Source of the DNA: an uncultured virus (IMG/VR IMGVR_UViG_3300031783_000001)
Lineage: Duplodnaviria > Heunggongvirae > Uroviricota > Caudoviricetes
Direction: 5' to 3' (one strand)
Virus record (IMG/VR): IMGVR_UViG_3300031783_000001
DNA: 64,000 bases
The notes under the pieces are model-generated. The model was given only the letters and a program-made list of their open reading frames with translations. It searched no databases and was not told the origin of the DNA. Shown piece by piece: positions 39,043 through 50,331 of this stretch. The first letter of the stretch is position 1. Each line of letters starts with the position of its first letter. The translations under genes were made by a program, and so were the position numbers.

Positions 39043-39486
39043 TTATGGGGTTCTTTGCTTAGGTTCAACATCCCTGACTATATCGGGCTTCAACGTCAAC
39101 TCGTACACGATATCGACAAAGTAACCAATTTTTTGTACTGCTGATACAAAGAGAGCAACCGTTTTTTTACCTAATGTGGTCTTCAGTAAGTCTCCTACAT
39201 CAATATCCTTGTCGTAAGTATAACATGTTATTTCGCCTAAGTTAGAAGTTTCTTCTGTAAGTTTTGAAATAGTATGAATACTAACTACTATTCTACTGGT
39301 TTTCAGTGGGCTATAGCTAGTAGGTATTACAACGCCTCGCCCATAAGCTTCCTGATACTTATGGTAAGTGTCTCGGTCTATGCGATAAACTTGGACATCT
39401 ATACCTAAGACATTTTCGTAAAACCTGTGTTGGCCATATACTGAACGATAAAAGTTCTCCACTATACGATAAAAATAGTTACCCAT
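39043..39486 (-). CDS. Probable head-tail connector/neck protein
   Basis: 147 aa, beta-rich, GIDVQVYRI...DIDVGDLL pattern reminiscent of head-closure proteins; weak evidence. Confidence 0.45.
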   Translation of the reverse strand: MGNYFYRIVENFYRSVYGQHRFYENVLGIDVQVYRIDRDTYHKYQEAYGRGVVIPTSYSPLKTSRIVVSIHTISKLTEETSNLGEITCYTYDKDIDVGDLLKTTLGKKTVALFVSAVQKIGYFVDIVYELTLKPDIVRDVEPKQRTP

Positions 39487-39523
39487 ATCATAAATATACT
39501 AAGTAATTGATTTCCTTTTGCTC

Positions 39524-39560
39524 GCAAACTGCTCAACCTTTTACGATTGAACAATCTGCT
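39524..39560 (-). mobile_element. Degenerate IS605 right-end remnant
   Basis: gcaaactgctcaaccttttacgattgaacaatctgct versus gcggactgctcaaccttttgcagttgagcttcctgct. Confidence 0.75.
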
Positions 39561-39589
39561 TTATGTGCCACAGAGTTGCACTCTGAAAC

Positions 39590-41710
39590 TTAAACCTTTA
39601 TAACATGCATTTTACGAACTACACTGAGTTCTGTTAAAAGCAGAAGAAACGAATTATCACTAATTATTTTATCTCTATCTTCGCACTGGTAGTCAATAAC
39701 TATTAATTTATATGGAGTGTAGTGGACTTTCTTATTAGCGCACTTTATGTTATAATCAAAATACTGCCTGTACAGTGCCCTAAAAGTTAAACTCCTTCTA
39801 TTATACTTAATGCTACTTATATAGCCATATCTGTACATTAAGTCTAAATTCATCATTTTCTTTGTGTCATCAATATCTCCCTCTTGCAACTCGTAGAAAT
39901 CCATTTTTTCTATGGCTCGGATATAGCTTGCCTTATTTTCAAATTTATTTTTATGATATCCTTTTTCAATCTTATCGTATAGTAGTGATAACTTAACATT
40001 ATTTTCTGATATTTCTAACACAAACAGTCCAATATAAATTTCTTTATCTATTTTATATCTTGCTATAACATACAAATTATCTGACTTTTTGTCCATATAG
40101 TGTGTTATGGCCTTTATATCTGATAATGAATTAACAACTTCATGCTTTTTTGAAATAGCTTGTTTTGCCAAATCATCTACATTATAACATTTAACTATTT
40201 CGGTTATGTTTCTATACTCTTCATTTTTGCATTCTGACAGTTCTTTTGTATTAAAAAATTGCTCTATCTCTGCTCCATCTATAATAGAAATACAGTCTAG
40301 ATGAATAGATATAAAAATTAGTTTATCTTGATTAGTGATATAGTAATGAAATAACGTATAAAAATTAATACAATATTGGGATTCATTTACTTCACCAGGT
40401 ACCGCCCACACAGACATTAGATTACGTTTTGTGTCTATAATAGCCAGTTTTCTTCTTCTGGAACTTCTCCGATTGTTGATTATAATCCAGTAGTTCTTGT
40501 AAGGATATATTGCTGATAGTTTACAAACATCTTCGTAATATTCGCCCTTTTTCATATAGGTAAGACCACAACTATCGCTTCTCACATAATAACAATCGTT
40601 ATCAAACATAAAATTTGATAGATAATTGTTCATTATCGTGCGTTCAAGCTCATATTTTTCTACAAGAAACTCGTAATCTTTAAAAAGCCTATTACAATAT
40701 ATATAGTGGTCATGTACCTTTTCAAACTTACCATTTTCCAAGTCTAAACAGCATATTATACGCCTACCTCTTAGTTCTATCTTAATATTCAAAACTAAAC
40801 TCTTAAATTCAATTATATCAACCTCAACTCTAATACCTTTCAGATATGATACATGATACTCATTTGTATCATACATGTAATATATGTCCCTAACAACAAA
40901 CTTTTCTATTCGCTTAAATGGTTTAAGACCAACTCTCTCTGCTTCATATTTCGCTCCTTCTATTATACTATCATATTCTTTGTTTATGTTTGTTAATTTA
41001 TCTACTATTTTTCCTATGATACTACTTCCATCGTCTATGCCTAGTATCCTATTTGATATTCTTTTTATGTGTTTTAATTTGACATTATCATCACCTTTTA
41101 TTCTATAATACGCTATGTCAGCTGCCATTATAACATTTATCAATTTATTTATATGTTCTAACTCCCACGATATAGTACGTACTTCGTCATTTGCGAGATT
41201 ACATAAAGCAACACCAATACCATTCTTTGTAACATATAGGACAGGTACTACTACATTGGCAATAGGATTAAAGTATTCACAGTATAACTTATCAGATACA
41301 TCTAGTTCATAAAGAGTTTTACTATCCGATTCATTAAATATAACTAAGTTTTTATCTTTATTAACAACATAGTACTTACCATCTTCCGTTTTGATCAATA
41401 AGCTATTTTCTCCGGTAATGGAATATTTATCTGCTCTTGATTTAAAAATATGACAAGTATTGTGCTCAAAATCATAAACAGGAATTATTGACTCACTATC
41501 AGACTTTTTGTAGTAATTGATGATATTATTTTTTGAGTAAAAATATGTAACATAATATCCTCGCTTTACATAATAAATTGTGTTGGATAGATTGTTATAT
41601 GGATAATAGTTATCCAAAAAAACATTTAGCCGATTAGCTGTATATGGTATTTTAGCATAAGAAGTAATCCTGACTGGCAATCCAACGCTGTTACTTAGTT
41701 TAAGTAACAC
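39590..41710 (-). CDS. Large hypothetical protein, paralogue 2 of the ~700-aa family
   Basis: RITSYAKIPY, FYSKNNIINYY, IIPVYDFE, SIKYNRR; GTG start placed 3 nt after TTAGTATATTT (track start 41728). Confidence 0.8.
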   Translation of the reverse strand: MLLKLSNSVGLPVRITSYAKIPYTANRLNVFLDNYYPYNNLSNTIYYVKRGYYVTYFYSKNNIINYYKKSDSESIIPVYDFEHNTCHIFKSRADKYSITGENSLLIKTEDGKYYVVNKDKNLVIFNESDSKTLYELDVSDKLYCEYFNPIANVVVPVLYVTKNGIGVALCNLANDEVRTISWELEHINKLINVIMAADIAYYRIKGDDNVKLKHIKRISNRILGIDDGSSIIGKIVDKLTNINKEYDSIIEGAKYEAERVGLKPFKRIEKFVVRDIYYMYDTNEYHVSYLKGIRVEVDIIEFKSLVLNIKIELRGRRIICCLDLENGKFEKVHDHYIYCNRLFKDYEFLVEKYELERTIMNNYLSNFMFDNDCYYVRSDSCGLTYMKKGEYYEDVCKLSAIYPYKNYWIIINNRRSSRRRKLAIIDTKRNLMSVWAVPGEVNESQYCINFYTLFHYYITNQDKLIFISIHLDCISIIDGAEIEQFFNTKELSECKNEEYRNITEIVKCYNVDDLAKQAISKKHEVVNSLSDIKAITHYMDKKSDNLYVIARYKIDKEIYIGLFVLEISENNVKLSLLYDKIEKGYHKNKFENKASYIRAIEKMDFYELQEGDIDDTKKMMNLDLMYRYGYISSIKYNRRSLTFRALYRQYFDYNIKCANKKVHYTPYKLIVIDYQCEDRDKIISDNSFLLLLTELSVVRKMHVIKV

Positions 41711-41782
41711 AGGAAATATACTAATCATTCAGACACTTTACGAAAATCATTTTTGCCTTGCGTTTTTGTCGTAATGGTTGGT

Positions 41783-42241
41783 ATGGCGACGCACAGCGAA
41801 AACCTAACAGGAGTTCGAAAGAAACTCTGGTATCTCATCAATGATGAGGACGCGAAAACAATTTTGGAAACTATCATTGAAAAGATGAACGAAGCAGGTG
41901 ATAACTCCAAGCGTCTCAAAAAGTTGTACGACAATGCACGTACTCTCATACCAGACAATTCCAAGTACGAAGAAAAGTACTGGGTGGCTGCCTATATTTT
42001 ACACCGTAATAGCGCAAAACTTAAAAATTTACTTGATGAATTAAAACAAATAAATCGAGAAATTAAAAAATTACACAAATACTTAGATGATTTAGATAGA
42101 AAAAGTAAAAAAAGAAGGCTTAATTACTTGGAATTTGAATACATGTATGGCATAAGCTTAGAAAACCTATACGAATTACAATACAGTAAAAAAGCACTTT
42201 TAGAAGACATGGGCAGAATTGTCAAAAATCTGATAGTGTAA
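41783..42241 (+). CDS. Family A copy 3
   Basis: MATHSENLTGVRKKL...YWVAAYIL; class-2 promoter 27 nt upstream. Confidence 0.8.
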   Translation: MATHSENLTGVRKKLWYLINDEDAKTILETIIEKMNEAGDNSKRLKKLYDNARTLIPDNSKYEEKYWVAAYILHRNSAKLKNLLDELKQINREIKKLHKYLDDLDRKSKKRRLNYLEFEYMYGISLENLYELQYSKKALLEDMGRIVKNLIV

Positions 42242-42275
42242 TACTCATACCTCTGATGGCAATGTGATGCTCATA

Positions 42276-42304
42276 GGCGGGGCGCATGCCCCGCTTTTTT
42301 GTTT
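42276..42304 (+). terminator. Intrinsic terminator
   Basis: GCGGGGC-GCAT-GCCCCGC followed by TTTTTTGTTT. Confidence 0.85.
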
Positions 42305-42369
42305 GTCCTCATACGCCAAATTGCAAAACAGGAACTAACTTTCCTTGCGTTTTTGTCGTAATGCTTGAT

Positions 42370-42966
42370 ATGACGACGCAAGCGCAAATCGGCGGAACCG
42401 AACTCAAAGTTCGGATTGAGAAGGCCCTGAACGAAAAAGGCCTGAAGAAGCTTATCACGAATCTGGAAAAAGAGCTGAATGGTGAGCACAACTTCCTCCC
42501 TCACGATGTGGAAACACAGATTCGTAGGGATATTGCAAGTGCTGGTGTAGCGGTGTCGCAGCATGGAGGCTGGTACCGATGCATCGCAGCGTACCTTCTG
42601 CTCCCTAAGCTGGACGAGCTTCTGGTCGTCAAAAGCATGAGTGAGGAGAAGAATGTAGCTCCCATTGTGCAAAAGCTCCGTAACGAGGCTCTTCGGGAAT
42701 CCCTCAGCACCTTCGGGATTGATGTACCCGCTCGGTACGCTCGGACATCTAGCATCACAGGTCGGACTCATGTACGCCTCTCACGGGAGCAGAAACAGCA
42801 GCTTGTGGAAAACTTTCTGGACGCTCTGCCCACTTTTGAGGGACTCCAAGATGTGCTGGATACCCTCCCTAAGAACACCAGCCTGATGGTCAAGCAGATT
42901 CGCAGCTTGGTCAAGCGGTACCTCTCCATCGCTAACCGCCTCCAAAGCGTAGCAGCGCACCAGTAA
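42370..42966 (+). CDS. Family B copy 2
   Basis: MTTQAQIGGTELKVRIEKAL...; colinear and highly similar to 13442-14038. Confidence 0.85.
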   Translation: MTTQAQIGGTELKVRIEKALNEKGLKKLITNLEKELNGEHNFLPHDVETQIRRDIASAGVAVSQHGGWYRCIAAYLLLPKLDELLVVKSMSEEKNVAPIVQKLRNEALRESLSTFGIDVPARYARTSSITGRTHVRLSREQKQQLVENFLDALPTFEGLQDVLDTLPKNTSLMVKQIRSLVKRYLSIANRLQSVAAHQ

Positions 42967-43076
42967 CCGCTCACCCGCCCAGAAGGTAGGCAAGCCTTGC
43001 CCACAACGGGCAGGGCCGTTTCGTTTTCATTCAAATCGCGCAAGGGAAAATGACGGGCGCCTATCTTATTCTCGAT

Positions 43077-43837
43077 CGGACTATTCAACTTTTCGTAGTT
43101 GATCTTTCTGCTTCAACACATGATGGCTTTTTAGATAGGTCATAAAAGATACTTTTATTAACCAAAGAATGTTACAATAAATCATTTATTTTGTATATTT
43201 TGTTATCGTATGAAGAAGTTAGCGTTAAGCTGACTGTTTTGTCCTGCACTTTCGACAGGGGAAGAGTTATGGAAACGCATGTGCAAGTTAGTGGGGTCGA
43301 ACTCAAAACTCGTATTGAGAAAGCCTTCACTACGAAGGAAATGCATCCTGCTATCGACCTTCTAGAAGAACTGTTAAAAAATGATATTATGGAATTGCCA
43401 TGGTGGATAGATGGTATTATCATAGAACGACTGCGAAATGCTGGTGTAGACATCAAGAAGAATGGTGGCTTTTACCGCTGTATCGCAGCATACGCTCTTC
43501 TGCCAAAAATGGATGAACTCATAGATTTTGAACATCAGCATACACGATTGGGGGAAAATGACACATTGGAAAACGAAAATTTACTTGAACAGTGGTTTGA
43601 AATAGTAAATGAAGCTGTTTCAATTACAGTTAATTCTATCTACTTAGAGTTTGAACAGACAGACAAATAGTAGTTATCCTCTTATGAAAAATAAACAATC
43701 AATCATATAGAAAACTCAGGCGGGCTATTTTCCTTCCTAAATTTATCAATCCTATCCTCAACAGTCCTTATGGGTTACCTAAAAAGCTATCATGCGTCGA
43801 AGTAGGAAGCTTAACTGCAAAACGTTGAGCAGTCCGC
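43077..43837 (+). mobile_element. Inverted pair of degenerate IS605 right ends enclosing a family B gene
   Basis: 43077-43140 cggactattcaacttttcgtagttgatctttctgcttcaacacatgatggcttttt (inverted) and 43771-43837 ...aaaagctatcatgcgtcgaagtaggaagcttaac...gttgagcagtccgc (forward). Confidence 0.75.
43269..43670 (+). CDS. Family B copy 3 (shorter, divergent)
   Basis: METHVQVSGVELKTRIEKAF...GGFYRCIAAYALLPKMDEL. Confidence 0.8.
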   Translation: METHVQVSGVELKTRIEKAFTTKEMHPAIDLLEELLKNDIMELPWWIDGIIIERLRNAGVDIKKNGGFYRCIAAYALLPKMDELIDFEHQHTRLGENDTLENENLLEQWFEIVNEAVSITVNSIYLEFEQTDK

Positions 43838-45392
43838 TGCCACCCGATAGTAGCCTATTTATAGGAGATGTTTTTACTCCGACAGAATGGGGTATTTTCG
43901 CTATTGAAAGGTTTGGTTTTTTTGAAAAATGGCTTTCAGGATGTACTGTTTTTGACCCAACTATGGGTGAGGGAAATTTATTGGAAGCGTTCATACTTCT
44001 TGGAATATCAAAAAAATTAAGTTTAAGTGAATTGCCCACTCACAATCTTTTTGGAAATGAATTGAATACGATTTATTATCAAAATGCTATTACAAAATTC
44101 AAACAAAAATATGGTATAGATTTATCTTCAAACTTTACTAATGAAGACATTTTTGTATTAAAGCCACGACAATATGATCTTATTTTAGGGAACCCTCCTT
44201 GGCAGAATTTTGTAGATTTGCCAAAAGAGTACAAGGAAAAAATAAAGCCATTTTTCTTAAGGTACGGACTAGTAAAAAATCGTCAAAGTGTTTTATTAGG
44301 TGAGAGTAGGATTGATATATCGGCTGTTGTTATTCAGTTATGCATTAAAGATTTTCTTAAGGAAAACGGAGAAGCAGTTTTTTTTGTTCCACTTTCTATA
44401 TTCTTAAATGACGGAGCTAACAAAAATTTTAGATTGTATCAGGTAGATAATACGAGTTTTAAGGTTACAGCAATTTATGACTTTAATGATGTAGAAGTAT
44501 TTAAGAATGTATCAACAAGGTATGGCCTTTTTCATTTAATCAGAAACAAAGAAACTACTTTTCCTATTCCTTATTATCGCTATGAGAATAATCAGTGGCA
44601 AGAGTATTTTGCATCAACAGCCTTTCATAAAACGGATCCTTTAAGTATTTTAAGAGAGTGCAAGATTTTCAGTAAAAATCATTTACCGAAAATTATTCTA
44701 AAAAGGAATCCGCACCTCGTCAAGGAGTTAATACGTGTGGAGCAAATGATGTTTTCTTCTTTGATAATTATCAAGATATTGATGATTCTTTTGCCGTTGT
44801 TTCAAAATAAGGTTCATAAAGAAGTTATACTGCCCAAAAAATTTATTTTTCCTCTAATAACAGCTAAAAATTTTTACATAAACAACCTTTCTGATCAAAA
44901 TGTAATTTATGTCTCAAATAATAATGTGTATAAATGGATTTTATTACCTTATAATCAAAACGGAAAGCCATTAGACTTATCACAATTACAGCAATATCAC
45001 GAACTTTATAGTTATTTAAAGAAGAATAAGGATATTTTAGTAAACAGAAAAGGGACTATGCTGAAAGCATTGATTCATAGAGGGCAATGGTGGGCATTAT
45101 TTGGAGTTGGAGAATATTGCTTTTATCCATACAAAATTGTATGGGAAGCATACGGTAAAAGTAGTTTTAATCCTTTGATATTTGAAGGGAAATGGCAAGC
45201 TAATCAATCTTTACAGGCTTATATCCCAGTAAAAGTATAGAAGAAGCAAAGAGAATTCAAAAAGAACTCTCTAACAAAGCTATAGAAAATTATTTACTGT
45301 CTTTGAAAATGGAAGGAACAATGAATTGGGCACAACCTGGTAAGATTAAAAAATTTATTGAGTATCAAGTAGATCTTGACGAAGAGCCATGA
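43838..45392 (+). pseudogene. N6-adenine methyltransferase (gamma class, TaqI/Eco57I-like) with frameshifts; 5' end abuts an IS end
   Basis: GDVFTP, FDPTMGEGN, ILGNPPW. The conserved-looking RQGVNTCGANDVFFF lies in another frame (44700-44805) and the tail KSIEEAKRIQ...NWAQPGKIKK follows a shift at ~45233. Confidence 0.8.
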
Positions 45393-45571
45393 TTGGACAG
45401 CTCTCTGGCGATAGATTATCCCTGAAACGCTATGGGTCTACAGTGCCCATCTGCTGCACACGACTACACTCGCTGAAAAGTCAGACTTACACCTGTATCC
45501 GATTATTATGTATACGCCTATTTGGGAACTGTTCAAGCGAAAAAGTTGAGCTGTTGCGTGCTTGATATCTT

Positions 45572-47575
45572 TTATATCTCTATAGCTATCATTGTTCTGA
45601 CTAGCGCTAAATCCGCTTTAATAAACAACAGTGCTAATCTATTAGTTCCATCATAGTCTATTAAGTGTGTAACAGGTATCAAATCTTTAAAACTAAAAAC
45701 GGATTCCCCTAATACTGTATATCTTCCTGTAGTAACATCTATACTATTTCTATTATGTCTAATACTAACAAGTCGTTTAATATTTTTACTGTATGCTATA
45801 TCTAAGTCCCCTGATTTATCTACTGATTCATCTATCTCAAATCTATAAAGAAAAATTTTAGACAGGCTAAGTTGCTGGTAATTCTTATTTAGCAGTACAT
45901 TAAGTGGTATTCCGACTTGGCTATAACGCATTTGACTATGGTGCAATATCTTTAAATTAACGTTATCACATGATATCCTGAGTGAAAATACTCCTATGTG
46001 CTGTTCCCCACGAATCACATAAGCGACAGATATATATAATGTGTCTGAACTAGTATCAATATAATGACTTATCAATTGCACTTCTTCGATCTCAATCTTA
46101 ATGTGTTGCGCACGAGCAATAGCTTCTGTTATTAATTGATTTACGTCAAAGCAGCATAGTATAGTATATAAGTTGTCCTTACTATTACTATCATCTTCGT
46201 AATTACCTATGCACTCTGAATGTTTATTACTTTTGAAAATAAAATCCAGTTTGTCAATGTCTATAATTAATAGAGTTAAACAGTGTTTGGACAAGAAAAT
46301 TAGTTTATTCTGTATTTTAGAGTAATAATGTATATATTCTACTTGACAATAAAGATTGCAATGTTTAAACTCCCAATACCCTATTCTATTATGTTCTATA
46401 TCTATAATAACTAACATTTTATTTGCTGCATAAAAGAATATAATAAGATACTTTCCATAGCGATATAACGCTGTTTGACGGGGCGATAATTCTATGTAGT
46501 CACTTTCAGACGCTTTTATAATACCAGTACCAGCAGGTGTATTATATATATAGTAGCACTTGTCCTTGTATAAACATGTTGATAAATAAATGTCACTAAA
46601 TCCATCGGAAATGGAATATTTATGTATTACAGGTTTTAGTGTATTATTAACCCTAAAACTACGGTAGCTGTGAAAACGGCTCCAATTTAGGTTTACTTTA
46701 TCCGAATCTAACCAGCAATTTACATCTTCTCGATCTAATTCTATGTGACAAAATAGATCGCGTAACATACATGTGTCATAGTAGTAAGGGCTTCCTTTTT
46801 GCTTGTATCTTACTTCAAAACTAAATCTACACATAAATCCTTTTGTATATATAAAGTTTTTATTAGATAGTTCATGCAGGTATTTCTTTTCCGTTATACT
46901 AAAACTTTCTATATAGTCTATCTCATGATATGATAAATAATTTTTTACAGCTACATGACGATCTAAATCGTTAATTACTAACTTCACTAAGTCGTCTATA
47001 TCTTCTAAATTGATCGTTATCATGGTATGTATATTTTCATTTTCAACATCAAATAACTTAATATATATACTCCAACGCGTAACTTGTATGATAGGCAATA
47101 TTCTATTAGCCACAGGGTATAAAATATCTATGTATATGTTACTATCGCTTTTTATTTTCTCTTTATATAAGCATTTCCCACTTAATGCATCTACTATAAG
47201 TGCATGTTCTGAACTTGATTGGCTTGTAATAACATACCACTTACCTTTCTCTGTTTTAATTAATACAGCATTCTCATCTTTTATGCCAATATTTAAATTT
47301 TTCAATAGAATAGGATTGTAAGTTCCTGTTTTATTGTCTAATACAAATAGTTCTTGTCCGTGAATACGTTTTCTGTAGTAATTTATTATGTTGTTTCTAC
47401 TATAAAAACATGTCTTAAATGTGTCGTCCTCAACACAATACATCATGTTATTCATTTGATAATAGGCATTATAAGCACTTCTATAATAATTTCTGTCGTT
47501 TCTAATGTAAGGAATCTTGGCATGAGATGCTATCTTGATATTCAATGTATGGGGAGGTTTTGAATTAAAAAACAC
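45572..47575 (-). CDS. Large hypothetical protein, paralogue 3 of the ~700-aa family
   Basis: KIASHAKIPY, FYSRNNIINYY, SIRHNRN; GTG start placed 3 nt after TTAGTATATTT (track start 47608). Confidence 0.8.
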   Translation of the reverse strand: MFFNSKPPHTLNIKIASHAKIPYIRNDRNYYRSAYNAYYQMNNMMYCVEDDTFKTCFYSRNNIINYYRKRIHGQELFVLDNKTGTYNPILLKNLNIGIKDENAVLIKTEKGKWYVITSQSSSEHALIVDALSGKCLYKEKIKSDSNIYIDILYPVANRILPIIQVTRWSIYIKLFDVENENIHTMITINLEDIDDLVKLVINDLDRHVAVKNYLSYHEIDYIESFSITEKKYLHELSNKNFIYTKGFMCRFSFEVRYKQKGSPYYYDTCMLRDLFCHIELDREDVNCWLDSDKVNLNWSRFHSYRSFRVNNTLKPVIHKYSISDGFSDIYLSTCLYKDKCYYIYNTPAGTGIIKASESDYIELSPRQTALYRYGKYLIIFFYAANKMLVIIDIEHNRIGYWEFKHCNLYCQVEYIHYYSKIQNKLIFLSKHCLTLLIIDIDKLDFIFKSNKHSECIGNYEDDSNSKDNLYTILCCFDVNQLITEAIARAQHIKIEIEEVQLISHYIDTSSDTLYISVAYVIRGEQHIGVFSLRISCDNVNLKILHHSQMRYSQVGIPLNVLLNKNYQQLSLSKIFLYRFEIDESVDKSGDLDIAYSKNIKRLVSIRHNRNSIDVTTGRYTVLGESVFSFKDLIPVTHLIDYDGTNRLALLFIKADLALVRTMIAIEI

Positions 47576-47587
47576 ATGAAATATACT

Positions 47588-47623
47588 AAGGTTGAGCAAC
47601 CTGCTCAACCTTTTGTATTTGAG
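47588..47623. repeat. Back-to-back fused IS605 end remnants forming a perfect 11-bp hairpin between divergent paralogues
   Basis: AAGGTTGAGCA-ACC-TGCTCAACCTT, continuing ttgtatttgag. Confidence 0.8.
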
Positions 47624-47672
47624 TGACTCTCAGATACGCGTAATATCAATGAAAACAAAAGTATATTTACAA

Positions 47673-49734
47673 ATGCTGTTAACTTCTATCCATACGACGA
47701 CCTTAACCTGTAAATCTACTAAATGCCTCAAAGTGCCTGTATTACAAGGCAAACAGTACCATGAATATAAAACACGCAAGTCATACGACAAAGAACCAGT
47801 AAATATATATATTATCAGAAATAGCATTTATGGAAAATCACACATAGGAGACTGGATAAATATGTTTTATAGCAAAAATGATGTTATATACTTTACTAAG
47901 TATTTTGATGATAAAAAAAATCGTTATCAAACCAATATATGATTATAAAAATAAAATGTTTGAGTTTATAAAGTTATATCGTGAGGAACATGGTGAAATA
48001 TCATCAGATGCCATATATGTAAAATCGCCTAACAGCAGCTTGTATGTGGTATATAGAAGAACTATAAAAGTGGAAGACAAGAATGCAGTGGGTTGTATAG
48101 TGTACAACTACACAAAAAATAGAATTGTACATAGAGCTATAGGCGATGCACACTCTCGCATAATACATACGGCGCCTATAGCTAATTTGTTTGTCCTGAT
48201 AGTTATTGTAAGGCAGGAAGAACTTTACATAGAATTAGTAAATCTAGTAGAAGAGTACGTGGAAGTAATCAAGTATAACCTCAAAGACTTTATAAGTAAG
48301 ATACCAAGTATAATACAAAGTACCATACCTAAGTCTTACATCAAAAAGCTCATCGGTACACCTATCAGTGGTTATGTAGACCAAGAGGAATACCCCAAAT
48401 ATGTTATGACTAAATACAAAGAAGCTGTACCAATCTATAAGAAAGTAATATTATCTATTAATATTGCGGCTAAACAGGATTCTTTTGTAATACCTAATGC
48501 TATCTTGGTTGCGGCCATTTTTGAAAATAATGAACTCCTCATAGAACTTAACACGGGTGAAGAAAGTTACATAGAGATAAAAGGGAGTAAAATCGGTAAG
48601 ACTAACATAAAATCAGGTGTTACATTGTTAAGAAAGAGATACAAATTAAATGATATATATGATATAACAAAGTCGCATCTCTACGAAATCAATAAATCTG
48701 GCAAGAATTTTATATTGGCGAATAGAGAACTATATGTAGCACAAGATGGCAATAAAAATGACTATTTTGTATTGGATTACTATGACGGCAAATTTAGTTT
48801 CAATGATATAGATTTAATTCTAACGTACAATCACATCTTGCTAAGTAGGGCGAAAGTTCCCTCAAAATTGATTACCGATAGTGGCATGTACGACTTAACT
48901 AACTGTCGATATAAAATAGAATATATATCATGTAACTCAGACAGAGGTGGTGGATTGGCTTTACTAGATCTGAAGAAGTTATACCACCAATTCCGTAGAA
49001 CCTTAAACATAGGACAAGAAAACGACATTATAATACCAGATAGTAATGAATTTAAAATAAGGGTGAATACAAATGAAATAATAAGACGCACAATTTGTGA
49101 AAAGGGCAATGAAAATTATCAGAAAGTAGAATGTATATATACCCACTATTTAGACAATATGAGAGGAGTTTTATACATAGTCATGATACCACTTTACTAC
49201 AAAGATGATAATTACAAACAATCTGAATATGGTATTGTAATCGCGGAGATTGAACCTAAGAGATCGCTTAAAAATTACAAGATTATCTTAGGCATGGGAC
49301 CGTATTTGTATGAGACACTAGATGAAAGAAACTCGATTAACTTCAGTGTTATGTTGAAAATAAAGAATAATTTTAGCAATATTTTAGCTTTATATGACAT
49401 AATATCTACTCTTAGTCGTGCTGCAGTTTATTTAGATAATGTTTATTATTCTAATCTAAATATGCTTGGCCACGATTTGCTTATATATAATCAAGAGATA
49501 TCAGTAAAAATAAATGGGAAATATGTGGAGGTAACGGATATTAGACAAAATCGTAGGGCGAGTTTTAGTCATTGGATACAAGATGAATCCTTATACTTTG
49601 CTCCAATTATTAGGCAATACGACAATGTTATTATGTGCTATTGGGGAAATACTGATAGCTCGTCTAACGAACAAAGATTATACACTCTTGTTGTAATTTC
49701 AGAGAATAACATGGTAGAGCACATCGAACTGTAA
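47673..49734 (+). CDS. Large hypothetical protein, paralogue 4 of the ~700-aa family, split at an A8 run (47913-47920)
   Basis: MLLTSIH..CKSTKCLKVP..FYSKNDVIYFTKYFDDKK joins IVIKPIYDYK...DIRQNRR if one A is removed. Confidence 0.8.
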
Positions 49735-49789
49735 AATTTGGCGGCTTGTTCGGATTTTTGCAACTGAGCCTACTGCTACTTTGCATGGC

Positions 49790-50021
49790 AGCTGAAGACG
49801 GCTTGACATTGCGCAAAAGATCATGAAGTTGTTTCGTATGTGTCACAACGCATGACAGGGGTGTAAACACTTTCACAAGTCTTGATTTCGTAAAGGTATG
49901 ACAAACCGAAGTTATGCCTGTGGAGTGTGCTCTGGTGGGTGAACGTAGCCCCTACGGGATACCTAAAACGCCATCGTGCGTCGAAGCAGGAAGCTCAACT
50001 AAAAAACATCGTGCAGTCAGC
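49790..50021 (+). mobile_element. Decayed IS605 tnpB 3' tail with omegaRNA/right end
   Basis: ccgaagttatgcctgtggagtgtgctctggtgg...acctaaaacgccatcgtgcgtcgaagcaggaagctcaact...gcagtcagc, preceded by a degenerate THDR.VN-coding stretch. Confidence 0.85.
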
Positions 50022-50076
50022 ACATACGCATACTCTCTTGCAACCCATAACTCCTCTTGTTCGTATAAGTAATGTT

Positions 50077-50277
50077 ATGAGAAAGATAGCGTTCCTACTT
50101 ATTCCTTTCTTAGGGATTGGACTTGCGAAAAGCGAGAAGATTGTGGAGACAAACAACGAAACGATTCAGCTCGTTAAGCTGGATCCCCGAAAGAACTACC
50201 GAGCTAAGATGGCCAAGCAGTACTTTGGCGGTGGCGGCGGGCGGTGCCGTAAGTGGAACCGCTTTTGTGGGCGATAA
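50077..50277 (+). CDS. Small secreted peptide with a cationic Cys-paired C-terminus
   Basis: MRKIAFLLIPFLGIGLA signal-like N-terminus ... YFGGGGGRCRKWNRFCGR*. Confidence 0.6.
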   Translation: MRKIAFLLIPFLGIGLAKSEKIVETNNETIQLVKLDPRKNYRAKMAKQYFGGGGGRCRKWNRFCGR

Positions 50278-50331
50278 AGAGAAGCGGCGAGATTGTGATT
50301 TTAATCTCGTGGTCGCTATAGATTTTCATGT

